A stretch of 63,363 nt of DNA, the filler included, from Craspedostauros australis (taxonomy: Eukaryota): NCBI GenBank assembly GCA_030167865.1. It is 7 parts of 7 records of this genome, joined end to end, with 100 filler letters (N's around TTAATTAATTAA, not from the genome) between each part and the next. Parts side by side here need not be neighbours in the genome. Positions count along the whole stretch, not along the records: positions 9,345 to 24,125 come from JALAGF010005606.1; 6 more parts are not named here. One strand, 5' to 3'. Below the pieces are notes generated by a model. The model searched no databases. It was not told where the DNA came from and worked only from the letters and a program-made list of their open reading frames with translations. The position numbers and the translations under genes are program-made. Shown one piece after another: positions 10,063-22,071 of the stretch. The first letter of the stretch is position 1, and each line of letters starts with the position of its first letter.

Positions 10063-12559
10063 GTGCATGCTCAGCTCTCTTCTGGATATGCTTTTCTGGA
10101 ATCTCTTGGTTGGGTAAACTGTGGATTCTCTGGTTGGGTCAAGTGGTGTGCTGGATGCTCCTCCTTCTCTCTCTCTTGTAAATCATCACTGCCAATTCAC
10201 TACTGCTTGCCAAATGACATCTGGCAAGGATCACTGCTGATGCATTGATAGCTGGAGGTGGCAGAATACTCTGATCAATGCTCAGCCGTGCGTGAAGTTG
10301 TTGGGTGTGATCAGAAGCTCTCCAGCTGCTGTCTGGAGCCGCCCACTCATTGTTGATCGTTNNNNNNNNNNNNNNNNNNNNNNNNNNNNNNNNNNNNNNN
10401 NNNNNNNNNNNNNNNNNNNNNNNNNNNNNNNNNNNNNNNNNNNNNNNNNNNNNNNNNNNNNNNNNNNNNNNNNNNNNNNNNNNNNNNNNNNNNNNNNNNN
10501 NNNNNNNNNNNNNNNNNNNNNNNNNNNNNNNNNNNNNNNNNNNNNNNNNNNNNNNNNNNNNNNNNNNNNNNNNNNNNNNNNNNNNNNNNNNNNNNNNNNN
10601 NNNNNNNNNNNNNNNNNNNNNNNNNNNNNNNNNNNNNNNNNNNNNNNNNNNNNNNNNNNNNNNNNNNNNNNNNNNNNNNNNNNNNNNNNNNNNNNNNNNN
10701 NNNNNNNNNNNNNNNNNNNNNNNNNNNNNNNNNNNNNNNNNNNNNNNNNNNNNNNNNNNNNNNNNNNNNNNNNNNNNNNNNNNNNNNNNNNNNNNNNNNN
10801 NNNNNNNNNNNNNNNNNNNNNNNNNNNNNNNNNNNNNNNNNNNNNNNNNNNNNNNNNNNNNNNNNNNNNNNNNNNNNNNNNNNNNNNNNNNNNNNNNNNN
10901 NNNNNNNNNNNNNNNNNNNNNNNNNNNNNNNNNNNNNNNNNNNNNNNNNNNNNNNNNNNNNNNNNNNNNNNNNNNNNNNNNNNNNNNNNNNNNNNNNNNN
11001 NNNNNNNNNNNNNNNNNNNNTGGTGCACTGCACATCTGTGACAGACAGGAGGTTCTGCAATGAATGACAACTCTGTTGCTTTGCTACAGTGAGGAAATGT
11101 GTGATGGATCCCATCAGGTTGTCCATACAGCTGGGACAGTCTTTGTTTGGTGTGATATGAGACAGGATGGAGCATCCCCCAGGTGTCGATACTATCTATC
11201 TCTAGAGGCACATTGGCATGGCNNNNNNNNNNNNNNNNNNNNNNNNNNNNNNNNNNNNNNNNNNNNNNNNNNNNNNNNNNNNNNNNNNNNNNNNNNNNNN
11301 NNNNNNNNNNNNNNNNNNNNNNNNNNNNNNNNNNNNNNNNNNNNNNNNNNNNNNNNNNNNNNNNNNNNNNNNNNNNCTTCTTCCACTCTCGATCCCACTT
11401 CCACATGAGCTACATACTTGCTCTGCAGATGAAGTTGACTTGGAAGGAAGGGAGGGAGGAGGTAGCGTCAATTGGCAGTGTTGTCAACAAGTTTCTGAAT
11501 GAGTTGAGTTGAGAGTTGAGCATGGATTGCCACACAAGAAACCAACGCTCCTCCTCGTTGCCAACAACACGAATAGACCACAGATCAAAGTACTCAAGTT
11601 TTGGCATTATCGTCCTTATTTTTTAACAGTGTGCATTGTTTTGACAGAAATAAACAAGAAGAGACAAGAATCATGCGATGATTCGCGTACAGGAGATACA
11701 AAAAGAGAGAGATTTGGACAATCGAATCAATCATTTTGGTTCAGATTGGGCAAAAATGCGAAAAACAATGTTGGTACCATGAGGAAACAAACAGTTTGAC
11801 GAAACAGTGTGGGAAAAAGGGAAGGAAGAAAGCGAATCGTGACGTCACATGGGCATTGCAAAGACCTAAATCCCCACGAAAGTGGCTGTCTCCATTGCGT
11901 CCAGACAAGTTTCAATAGCGGGGCTCCCCCTGGAATTCGGACAGCCCGGCGTGTCCCAGTACCCAACTTCTGGGGCCACTCGAACCCCTCTATTGTCAGT
12001 CGACAGCAACCGCCTGTCTCCATTTCTGACAACCGTCATGCTTTCCTGTCTTGTCCCTGCGGAGAGGGCAGCAATGTCAGTATCATGCGATACCAACGGG
12101 ATCTTGTTGGGGCATCACTTTTCTTCGAGTGCAACGGAGCATCCAGAACAGCAACGAGAAGAGTTGACCGGTAGTACTTGCGCTTCTACTTTTACTTTTA
12201 CCCTTCGTTTGCGCCATAGGTCGTACACCTGCTAGTATACTATGCACCAAGGACAAGAGTATACTGCCTCATGATGGCGTGGCACGAGTACCTGCGGGAC
12301 CAACTCTACAGCATGGCCTTTCATGGCAGGAACTGCGCAGGTAAGTCTGCACGTAATAGCACAACAGATCTATTCTTCTCGTACTCCACTACTTCTGCGC
12401 ATTGCCCTGCTCTACCTACCGCGCGTCGAACGTACACACGGCAATACGGACTCATTCGCGCGATCTCCGTGCAACGTGGCCATGGCGAACATCACATTCA
12501 CTATGATGCTCCCATGATCCACGATCGTGGGGTGTTCAAACAAGCCACGATTAGCGTGT

Positions 12560-15500
12560 TCAGCCTGTCTCGTCATCAGCGCCATCACCACCACAGTCGT
12601 CGTCACCACGATCCGTCAGCACTTCTGACACCAGATGAAACACGAGGCGGTGCGTGCCATCCGCATCCTTCCGCACCCGGCCTTCACCGGAGAATTGGAT
12701 CGTATCACCCTCCCGCAACACGCGCTCGTCCTTGTCGTCCAGCAGCAGCTTCGCGAGGCTGCCGTGCACCTGCGACTTGCGTTGCTGGGACATCTTTCGG
12801 TTGCGCTTGCTGCGCTGCGGGGACACCAGGTGCAACATCCCGTCCTTGCGTGCGCGTGGTGCCAGCGCTGGGAGGATGCCCTTGTACTCGCTGTTCGGGT
12901 TGCTGTGCGAGATGGGGAGTTCACCTGACGAGCGTGGTGTTCGTAGTGTTCGTGATGATGGTGAAATGGAATGCTGCTGCTGATTATGATGGCTGCGCCT
13001 CCCGTGATCCGATGAACCCAAGCTGCCGCCAACGCTGCCGCTGCTGTGAAGATTGGTGTGCCGCTGCCTCTGATTGCGAGTGGATACGGACGAGTTGTCG
13101 ATTGAAGAGGAGGCTCCGACGGATGCGGTGGTGATGGACGGTCCAGTATGTTCAGATTCGTCCAGGTTGCCGATCGCAGCCTTCGCATTCAGGATGGCCA
13201 AGCGCTCCAGCTTCTTGCAACGCCGCTTCCGTGTCGGAGGTGATATCAACGAGGTGATATCCGTGGACTTGCTGTGGTTGTATTGCTTCGGACCATGAAA
13301 GTCCGCGACGCTGGACGGCCTGCGGTTGCCAGGAGACAACGAATGATCCACGGAGGCGGTCGAAGTCGCTGTCGTATGGATCGAATGCTGCAGGCCCAGA
13401 TCGTTCAACGAAGACAAGTGCCTTTGATTGCTTTTTGACGCGTGCGACCCTGCGGTTTCGTAGGAACCCACGCTGGCACCTGCAGATGGCTGCAACGATC
13501 CCGTTCGCTCTCTTCGCTTGTGATGGCCCGATGACGAATGGCGGCTGCGCGATTTGGATGATCTGTGGCGACGACGATGCCGTCCACCACCGGTGCTGTG
13601 AGACCTTACCGACTTGATATCATCGTCGTCGGAGACTGGCGGCCGTTCCTTCGAGGGACGGCGACGTGTGTTGAGCGATTGGTTGCTCGAGCTCCTCTTG
13701 CGTGCATCTCGGTTGATGGAGAGAGAAGAGCTTGGACGGCCTGCGGAGTGGACTGAGCCAAGAAGTTCTGCGTCCACATCGACGTCGACGTCAACGTCAC
13801 CCTTGCCGTCCTCGTTCACAGAGCTATCGTTGCGCGGAAGGCTCGGATCTCGGACGCTGCTGGTATCGCCACTGTTCTCAACTTTGCTGTGCCGTCTGGA
13901 TCTGGAGGAGAGTCGTGTGGAGACGGGGCTCTTCGGCGGATGTAGCTTCGCCGTCAACATCGATGCTGCTGATGCCGCCGCCGTACTTGTAGGCGTCGCT
14001 ACTGATGAGTGGTCGTGCTCACTTGATCCATGCTCGTCCCGTTTAGGTTCCAGAGACATGGACCGCAGTTGCGTCACTGTTGGATACGGCTTCGATGACG
14101 TGCTGCGATTGTCGACGGAATGCGTGGAGCGAATGGAATGGCGGCTGATGCTGTTGCCCGGCGGGTCGATCTTACCCTTCGAACGCGACTTTCGATGCCG
14201 CGATCGCGTGCTGCGTCTGGATCGATGGCTGCCCTCGTCACCATCGTCGTCCTTCGAACGGCCTCTGTGGTCCTTGCTGCTGCTTCTCCGCTTGGACTTC
14301 TTCGATCGTTTGGACTTGACCGATTTGGACACGGATTTCAGATCTGATTCCAAGTCCGCCTTGGGCGTGGCCGTTGTTTCAAACTTCGGCTTGGCTGCAA
14401 TCGCGGATTTGGACACCACATGATCGGATTTAGAGAGTATGGATGTGGAAAGGATGGATGCGAGGTTGTTCCTGACGGACGACCTGGTGGTGGCGTTGGA
14501 ATGCACGGAGAGCCGCAAGGAATCGTTGTGTTGGCTGCGTGGCACGCTGCCGGTGCTGCGACGGCTGCGGCGACTACGGGCATCGTCGGTGGAACGTCTG
14601 CGCCTGCGGCGCGTGGAGGTGGAGTCAGGTGACTTGGATCTGCGCTTGTCATCTTCTGTCGAGGCGGCCGGGGTCTGGAGATGCGTCGTGTTGCTGCTTC
14701 CTGCGCTCATGTTGAAGGGCAGATCTGGGAAGTCCATCTCGGGGAAGGCAGGGTCGTGCTTGAGCTTGCGACGACGGCCGCTCGACGAGGCAGTGTTGGG
14801 TGTTGACATGGATGTCGGATGTGACAGAGGTGGTGGCGGGATTGACGGCACGGACGTCGACCCGTGAGACGAGAACGAGACCCGTTCGGTGGGTGCTGTC
14901 AACGGGTGTTTGGCGTTGGCGTTGACGCGGTTGCCAGCGACGCTGGAACTGCCGGATGCTTGTCTGGGTGGCTTTGACTGGCTTTCTCTGTCTGCGATCG
15001 GTTCTGACGTAGCAGACAAGCGCGATGAGGCTGATACTGATGCCGATTCGTATGCCGAGGTTGATGTGGAAGCGGATGTTGATGAGTTTGCTGGAACGAT
15101 CCCCAACCGTTTCAACCCAACAGGCGATCTCAAGAGGGCATAGTCCGACCGTGCATGTGGCTGCACGAAGGTTGAGAAGGAGGGTTCCGCTTTGAGGATA
15201 AATCCGTCCCTGGATGCTGTCGTTTTCCCCTTGGAGCCATCATCATCGTCCGACTCTATCGCGATCGCTGCTATCGCCGATGCGAACATGGTTGGCGGCA
15301 ATGACAGCGATCGCGATGGCCCCACGTCAGGATGCGGCTGTTTTGTTGTTTCTGCTTCTTTTTCTGCCGCTGCTGCCTGTGTGTCATCTGTGAAAGGTGA
15401 TGCGTGTCCAATGTTAGTTCTGGAGAGGACCAACGAGGTGCTTCTACCTTTGGCGAAGCGAGCATTTTGCCCGTTGTTCTCCTTCTTTTCTTCTTCACCT

Positions 15501-16888
15501 TCATCATCTGTCCATGAGCAATCTGAATCTGTTTCGCCATGGGGTGTATCCTCTTGTGAGCGTTCATGCTGCAGCTGTTGTTGTTGCTGTTGTTGCTGTT
15601 GTTGCTGCTGTTTTTGGTACCACTGCGTCGCCTGCTGCGCATCGCTCTGCACGCCATCTGCCTGAGGTTCTTGCGTGGTCACGGACGTCGTTGCATTGTG
15701 TGTGTTGGTTGAGCCTGGTGCCTCCACCGGTTCCATAGAAATGAGAGGAGGTGAAAGAACAGCAACGTTGGTCAATGCATGACCATTGGGTAGTTGCGAG
15801 TCTGAAGTCTCCGAAGGACTCATGCTCACGCCATTGCTCGCGGTGGATACATTCCGCTTGGCTTTGTGAGACGGCGAGAGCACCAACCGGTTCTTGATCT
15901 TCTTGCGACTGCTGACAGAGTTGGGAGAGAATGACACGAGAGACGGCATGGACATGGCATCAGATTTGTACGTGCAAACGGAAGCCGCATCCTGCTGAAG
16001 CTTCTCTCGCAACGATGCTGGGCGACGTCCGGCAGAACCAACGGGACTCTGATCAGGCGAGGATGATGTCGGTGATGGAAAGAGCGGCGAGAAGTTGGCA
16101 TCCCAGTTCAGATCGGCCTCGCTGTCTTCCTGTATGGTTTCAGTCATTGTATGCATTGCATTGATTGTGTCGGATGTATTGCCTGTATTGCCTGTATTGC
16201 CTGCATTGGCTGTATTGGTAGCGTCTGCTTTGGAACCTCTGTTGCGCTGTCTCGTTCGGCTGCTTGTTGTACCGGATCTGGACTTCGATCTGGCTTTGCT
16301 TGCAGATTTGGCATTGGATTGGTTGCTGGATTGGTTGCTGGATTGGTTGCTGGATTGATTGTCATCGGACTGGGGCCATGCCCAGCCATCGGGAGTGCTC
16401 CATTCATCATCCTTGCCAACCTTCTGCTGCTGTTGATGCTGTTGATGATGATGATTGTCGGCAAAGTCGCCAAACGCAGGGGCATCCTCATGAAGCGGTT
16501 TCCGAAAGAAATCTGCTGGTGCGTTGTCTGTTGTGGAGGGTGATGTCGACAACGACGTCGACGTGGATGCTCTGCCTCGTCTGCTGCGAGAGGATGAAGG
16601 GGCTCTGCCTGCATCTGGGTCCACCAACGGCATCGAAAAGGAAGATGCAGACGAAGCCGAGGATGATGCTGTGGTGGACGCAGATTCGGTTGGCGTCGCT
16701 CTGTGCGATTCGAGCGCCGCCGACAGACGCTGCTTGTTGCTCAACCTTCGCTGCGCTGCTCCCGTGCTGTTGTTGGTGGCATTGCCACTATCATTGCCAC
16801 TCTCGGTGTCTGCTGCTGTTGATGCAGAAGCTGATGCTGACGATCCTCTGGTCTTCTTCGACTTGCTCTTCGTGTTCTTTGGCTTCAT
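12560..16888 (-). CDS. Large low-complexity Ser/Arg/Gln-rich, probably disordered protein of unknown function
   Basis: Uninterrupted ~1440-codon ORF from the ATG at 16888; polyQ, NQSS repeats and RS-rich tracts; no domain recognised. Confidence 0.8.
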   Translation of the reverse strand: MKPKNTKSKSKKTRGSSASASASTAADTESGNDSGNATNNSTGAAQRRLSNKQRLSAALESHRATPTESASTTASSSASSASSFSMPLVDPDAGRAPSSSRSRRGRASTSTSLSTSPSTTDNAPADFFRKPLHEDAPAFGDFADNHHHQQHQQQQKVGKDDEWSTPDGWAWPQSDDNQSSNQSSNQSSNQSNAKSASKARSKSRSGTTSSRTRQRNRGSKADATNTANAGNTGNTGNTSDTINAMHTMTETIQEDSEADLNWDANFSPLFPSPTSSSPDQSPVGSAGRRPASLREKLQQDAASVCTYKSDAMSMPSLVSFSPNSVSSRKKIKNRLVLSPSHKAKRNVSTASNGVSMSPSETSDSQLPNGHALTNVAVLSPPLISMEPVEAPGSTNTHNATTSVTTQEPQADGVQSDAQQATQWYQKQQQQQQQQQQQQLQHERSQEDTPHGETDSDCSWTDDEGEEEKKENNGQNARFAKGRSTSLVLSRTNIGHASPFTDDTQAAAAEKEAETTKQPHPDVGPSRSLSLPPTMFASAIAAIAIESDDDDGSKGKTTASRDGFILKAEPSFSTFVQPHARSDYALLRSPVGLKRLGIVPANSSTSASTSTSAYESASVSASSRLSATSEPIADRESQSKPPRQASGSSSVAGNRVNANAKHPLTAPTERVSFSSHGSTSVPSIPPPPLSHPTSMSTPNTASSSGRRRKLKHDPAFPEMDFPDLPFNMSAGSSNTTHLQTPAASTEDDKRRSKSPDSTSTRRRRRRSTDDARSRRSRRSTGSVPRSQHNDSLRLSVHSNATTRSSVRNNLASILSTSILSKSDHVVSKSAIAAKPKFETTATPKADLESDLKSVSKSVKSKRSKKSKRRSSSKDHRGRSKDDDGDEGSHRSRRSTRSRHRKSRSKGKIDPPGNSISRHSIRSTHSVDNRSTSSKPYPTVTQLRSMSLEPKRDEHGSSEHDHSSVATPTSTAAASAASMLTAKLHPPKSPVSTRLSSRSRRHSKVENSGDTSSVRDPSLPRNDSSVNEDGKGDVDVDVDVDAELLGSVHSAGRPSSSLSINRDARKRSSSNQSLNTRRRPSKERPPVSDDDDIKSVRSHSTGGGRHRRRHRSSKSRSRHSSSGHHKRRERTGSLQPSAGASVGSYETAGSHASKSNQRHLSSLNDLGLQHSIHTTATSTASVDHSLSPGNRRPSSVADFHGPKQYNHSKSTDITSLISPPTRKRRCKKLERLAILNAKAAIGNLDESEHTGPSITTASVGASSSIDNSSVSTRNQRQRHTNLHSSGSVGGSLGSSDHGRRSHHNQQQHSISPSSRTLRTPRSSGELPISHSNPNSEYKGILPALAPRARKDGMLHLVSPQRSKRNRKMSQQRKSQVHGSLAKLLLDDKDERVLREGDTIQFSGEGRVRKDADGTHRLVFHLVSEVLTDRGDDDCGGDGADDETG

Positions 16889-18326
16889 GATGATTGACAA
16901 TGATGATTGACAATGATGTCCGCCTTGGCTCTGCTCGTATTGTTTGTGTACTCGCAGTGCTCTAGGACGATCTATTGTATGATATTATACAATATATCAT
17001 ACAATATAGGGCGTACTCTTGCAACTATTATGATATACAATGGAATACGAGTAGAGAGACGAGGCTTGGGACAAGCTTCGCGCCAAACCAAGCAGCGCTC
17101 CCTCTTCTTCAGCCAATGAGCAGTTGGAGCACTCCGCTCCTATCAGCACGAATAGTGGTGCTCGTGTAAGAGCGCACTCGCGGAGCCTTTGGACTGGTGG
17201 ATGGGGAGGTTGTGCCTATGGGCATCAAGTTGGTTCATCAGACTCCCTGCCAATACATGTATGTACGAGCTGCCCAGTCGCTTTCTCCTCTCTCCCAGCA
17301 CCAATAGTCCTGCCTTGGCTTCTCCTGTGCAGTTGCTCCGCGCATTCTGCCCATCATTCAGCCACGCAAAGCTGCTCCGTCCTCTTCTTGGTGGCCTCCC
17401 TCATTTTCGCCGCACCGAACACGCACACGCACAAAACATGGCGACGACACAAACTATCGCGCGCAGCTGTTCGCCCACACGACACAACGCGAAACCACGT
17501 GATCATTCCGGACGAACGTCGATCCTGGGACATATTCTCACTCCTCCAAAACGTGTCTCATGCGACATGACAAAGAGACAAGTTCGGAGCACCGCAATTA
17601 TCAACACTTGTTCATACGACATTTCCAACAAGCCGCACGAATGCCACACAATTCATCCCTCCGCCTTTCATCGACTACATGGACTTTGATGCAATCGATA
17701 CATGGGAATGGTTGAAGCGGGAATGGATGATACTACTCAATCTAATCTAGTTTTACATTTACAAACAGAATCGCAGGAGTATCGTCCGTTCGTCCGTTCG
17801 TTCGTCTGTTCATTCGCCAGGGAGACACAAGGAGATTTTGCGTGAACCGCCACAGTACCTCGAACGAACAACCAAACGACCATGTTCGTACTAGTACGTG
17901 CGTCTCCCAGAAGCGACACCGCGCAGAACCAACCCAAACCCGTGGAACACCACAACCGTGGGGCACAGTGTCCGTGACACAAGAGCAGCCTTGGGTTTGT
18001 GTGGCAGCGGCAGCGATTGCGCACCAAAACAAGTGCTCGCATCATCTGTGCCGCGCGGCTCAAACGGAGTGGCGCAGAGTGGAGTGAATGCAAGTGGAAC
18101 GCAACAGGACGGAATTCAGAGCACGAGCAGCCCGTATGGGACAGCCCTGCCTCCGAGCAATGCGGTGTTGCGTAAAGATGTGCTTGGTGCAAGTATTACG
18201 TGTAATTGTATAGAATAGAATAGTTTGGTGTGGTGGCGCCAAAATGGATCTTTTCTTCGTTGAGTGAAATGATTCCGTTCCTGGCGAGTTGGCGGTGAAG
18301 TGGGGAAGGCACCGCACTGAGTCCCT

Positions 18327-19646
18327 CTACAGGAAGGAAAAGAATGAAAGGGCAGTTCCGACCGCACCCACGATCAAGCTGACCGACAGCACCACTCTTC
18401 TGCTGTCGAATGAGCTGCTGTCGTCGTCGCTGGATTCGTCGCAAGCCACGATTGCCTTGAGGTTGGGACAGACCTCGGATTTGCCAAGCTCGACGTCGGC
18501 GTACACTTGGTCGAAGGCGGTTTCGAAGTCTTCCACGCTCGTCAGCGCCTGCGCTTTGGACTTCGCGAAGTTGGCACCCCAAATGGCGGCGCATTCGCGT
18601 TGTCCTGGGGTCCCGTGCACGCTCTCCGGACCGTCGAGGAAGTCACCCATGGTGGCTGCCCGCGTGGAGATCTCATCAATCTCGTCGGTCGGCAATGCCC
18701 CGCCGCGGTTGTGGGCCATGTAGTACGCAGCGAAGGCATCGGCCATGAGCTCCAGCCGGGAGCGCAGGCTGCTGCTGATGGTCCCGTCCGAGCGGATCTT
18801 GTACATGCCGTTTTCGATCTGCAGCACGTGGCCGTACTCGTGCGCCAGGACGAAGTCGGGATCATGATCCGACGCATGGCCGGTCGACTCCATGTAGGTG
18901 AGGATGCCGTCTCCGAAGGCGATGGTCGTTTTTATGGAGCTGCTGTCGATGTCATTGAAGTCCCTGGCGAAGTCGCTGTTGGCGACGAAGGCATTCATCG
19001 TCAGCAAGGGGTTGCTGTATCTTCCCGGGATCCTGTTGATGATCCTGTTGACCTCGTCGGCGTAGCCGTCGCAATCAAACCTGGGAGACGAACGAATCAG
19101 TTCGCAGAACCTCACGCGGACGCTGCGGATGGCGATGGCGGACCCGTGCGCGCCAAGGAGGATCGAAGGCTGCTCTTCCGTCGTGGAGGTAGTTGTTCCG
19201 AGGCCGTAGAAGCGCTCGATGTCGTCCATCCGCGACAGCAGCTCGTCCGTGTACTCGCCGTTCTCGCCGAAGTACTCGTCATCCTCGCTCTTGTCAATCA
19301 CGATCTTGTGGACGAACGCAATCTTGTCTGCCAAGGCATCCACGAAGAGGGCGGAGGCATCTTGGGCGCTCATTTGGTTCAGGAGCGACAGCGCGTACCT
19401 GCTGAGTTCGGACTCGCAGTCGTCTGATGCCAGAGACCGGGCATTGTGGGCCTCCCCGCCTTCCTCGTCCTGGAGCAGACGCAGCTGCAGCGCTCTTTCG
19501 AAGTCAGGGTGCCTGCTGCGATGCTTTTCTGCCGCGGAGACTCTGCTGAGGGGACCTCCTGTGGATGTGTTTGCGGCAAGCGAGCCCTGTGGTTCCAGAC
19601 CGATGGTGCTGGCAAGAAGAGCGATCGAAGAGAGGGTGAGCTTCAT
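18327..19646 (-). CDS. Secreted, probably GPI/TM-anchored neutral zinc metallopeptidase (YpfJ/Zn_peptidase-like)
   Basis: Signal peptide MKLTLSSIALLA, LAHEYGHVLQ (HEXXH), ELMADAFA, HGTPGQR, and a hydrophobic C-terminal tail. Confidence 0.85.
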   Translation of the reverse strand: MKLTLSSIALLASTIGLEPQGSLAANTSTGGPLSRVSAAEKHRSRHPDFERALQLRLLQDEEGGEAHNARSLASDDCESELSRYALSLLNQMSAQDASALFVDALADKIAFVHKIVIDKSEDDEYFGENGEYTDELLSRMDDIERFYGLGTTTSTTEEQPSILLGAHGSAIAIRSVRVRFCELIRSSPRFDCDGYADEVNRIINRIPGRYSNPLLTMNAFVANSDFARDFNDIDSSSIKTTIAFGDGILTYMESTGHASDHDPDFVLAHEYGHVLQIENGMYKIRSDGTISSSLRSRLELMADAFAAYYMAHNRGGALPTDEIDEISTRAATMGDFLDGPESVHGTPGQRECAAIWGANFAKSKAQALTSVEDFETAFDQVYADVELGKSEVCPNLKAIVACDESSDDDSSSFDSRRVVLSVSLIVGAVGTALSFFSFL

Positions 19647-22071
19647 TGTCAATGTTTATGTGGTGGTGATGGCTGCGATGGATTTGATGTTTGGCGTTTG
19701 CCTTTGGTTTGGTTTTGGATTTGTGGTCGTTTCCAAATTGTGAGTTCTTCACATCTTTGATCTGGGCCACGCACCTACCACGACACGCCACATCGCGCCA
19801 TAGCGAACGAACACAGAGACAACTGCACACAACTTGGTGGCGGAGACAAACAATTGGGTGTTCTCGTGGTTGCAGAACTGGGTTGCTCTCTGTCTGTACG
19901 ACTACTCCACCGCTGGACCTCCTCGTCCAGACACAGTCCTGCTCACCACAACAGTGTCGTTGTTGAAGCCGTGCGTCTGGGTACGCCAGAGGCGCATCAG
20001 CCAGCAAGGGGACTTCATGAATCGTGTTGTGGTTCGTGTTGGGATGCGCGTCTGGATGTGGTAATGAGAACAGCATGTGATGCGTGGCGCCAAGAATTCC
20101 AGTGACACAATTGGATCTCGATGTGACAGATGGCTGATTGTGACGATCTGATCCGAAGTGCGACCAAGAGAATTGATGAATCTTCGAAAGTGGCTTGTTG
20201 ATGTTTGAGCTTTGAAACGGTAATTACATGTTGGCGCGCACCTTTTGAAACAACGAGAAACCCACATTTCAGCCCCACCACGAAGAACAACAATCCACAT
20301 TGACGGGTCGCCGTGTTGGTATAATAGGTCGTACCAAGGCCACTCCATCCTCGTACTCTCAGCACTCAGTACACCACGGGCTCACAATCGAGACGGCCAC
20401 ACCGCATGCTCCGTTGCGAGACGGCACGATACGACTACAACACAATCCGCTGTAGAATGAGTTCGCCGTTGCGCTTCCCACTGCAAGCACCACTGCCAGA
20501 TGCCAACGTCATCAGGCCGGAGGACATGTTCGTCCTTCTGTGCTCTCCCTGCCCGGGCCATCGTTGGGGCTATCCAATGCGCCTCGATCACTCCCAAACT
20601 GAGACACCGCCAAACGAGGCAGGCATACTGGTGTCCACACCAGCCACCCGATTGATGAACAAGGCATCGACCTCGATTCCCAAGGAGATCTGGATACGGA
20701 TGCACGAGGAGTTGGCGCCCATCGTCGGCAAGTACAGCTGGTTTGTGCAAAACTGGCGGTGTGTCCCCGTCTTCGCGTACGAGCTATCTCCTCATTATCA
20801 CACTGCGGGTGCTGCCACCATGCGCCTACCGATGGTTGGGCCACTAGGATGACGACACGGAACCCGTCGAGCAGTACCCCGACTGCGTGCTGCCAAGACA
20901 GCATTCCTTGTACGATCTGGTGCTCGATTTCATCCCATACTGCCGTGCTCGATGGGATGTACTGGCACAATCGCCGCATCGACCAACACCTGGCAACCAC
21001 ATGTGAGGAGTTGCCGTCGTCAGATGCATTGCGTGGGTCTACCGTGTTCGCTCACACTGCGTACGCACCCGTTGCGTGAGGCGCGAACCAGGGATGTCCA
21101 ATGATCTGCTGAGCAGTCCCTTCTCGACGCGGCTTGCAGTGGTGCGATCGTTGACGGAGATTCACACGCACTTCCGACATGATTGGAGTATCGTGTCGGA
21201 AATCGTGGAAGACACTGAAGCGGCCAGCCCATCCAGTTTCAATGCCTGGAACGTGGCGGCGTGCGCGTCTTTGAGGGCATCAACTTCATGTCGCGCAATC
21301 CAACCATGTCTGCAGACGAACTGGCGGCGATGCACAACGTGGCACGACGGCCTGCGGATGCACCGCCGCTGGACAATGCTTGGCAATCCATGTGGCATGC
21401 CATCGGGGTGGATCGGTTGCTGGAACTGTTGACCGAGGCCATTGAGGATGGTGGTCGGTAGTGACCAAGCACGATGCATCGAGCTTGTGCAGCATGCCGC
21501 ACATGATCCGCTTCATAGACATTACATGGTCCACGACTGCAGGCGGTGGTGCGTTCCATTCGAGTCTAGTAATGCCAATGCTACGGCAGGTACAAGCACA
21601 TGTGCAGTAGAGCGCAGTGGAAGGAAGCGCTGCACCGCGTATCAATCACCATGTTCCAAAGTGTTGCTAAGTCTTCAATTCCCAAAAGTATAACTACATA
21701 CTCGCATGCTGGCGTCGCGTGGCACTCTCATTTCCTTTCTTCGTATGTTTGTGGTGCAGCGGTGGCCTTGTACCATGTCAGATTGGTGCATCGATTCTAT
21801 CGTCCGCTTCCGTGTTTACCATACTGTCAGTCTTTTGTTCAAGCCAGCTCTCTCGATAGCTTCAAATTCGACCCAAACCCGTTCCTTTCCCTCCTTCGAG
21901 CTATTGGCATGTACAAGTACGCATGGTGCATTTGTTTTCCCAGCCCTGCCAATAATATCGACTGATCGTGATCTTACTCTGCTGCTCCTTGCATTCTCTT
22001 TCGAGTCTGTCTTCTTGCTTGGTGGCTTGCGCATCTTCATGAATGCCCTCTAAAGTTTGCGGTTCCTGTTG

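Noticed and set aside
10063..11520. Long ORFs in the ORF track
   Set aside because: Mostly N-derived X residues; flanks look like degenerate TE but cannot be assigned.
20457..21460. Chain of short plus-strand ORFs that could be a decayed gene
   Set aside because: No recognisable motif and frame switches cannot be placed; not supportable without a homology search.
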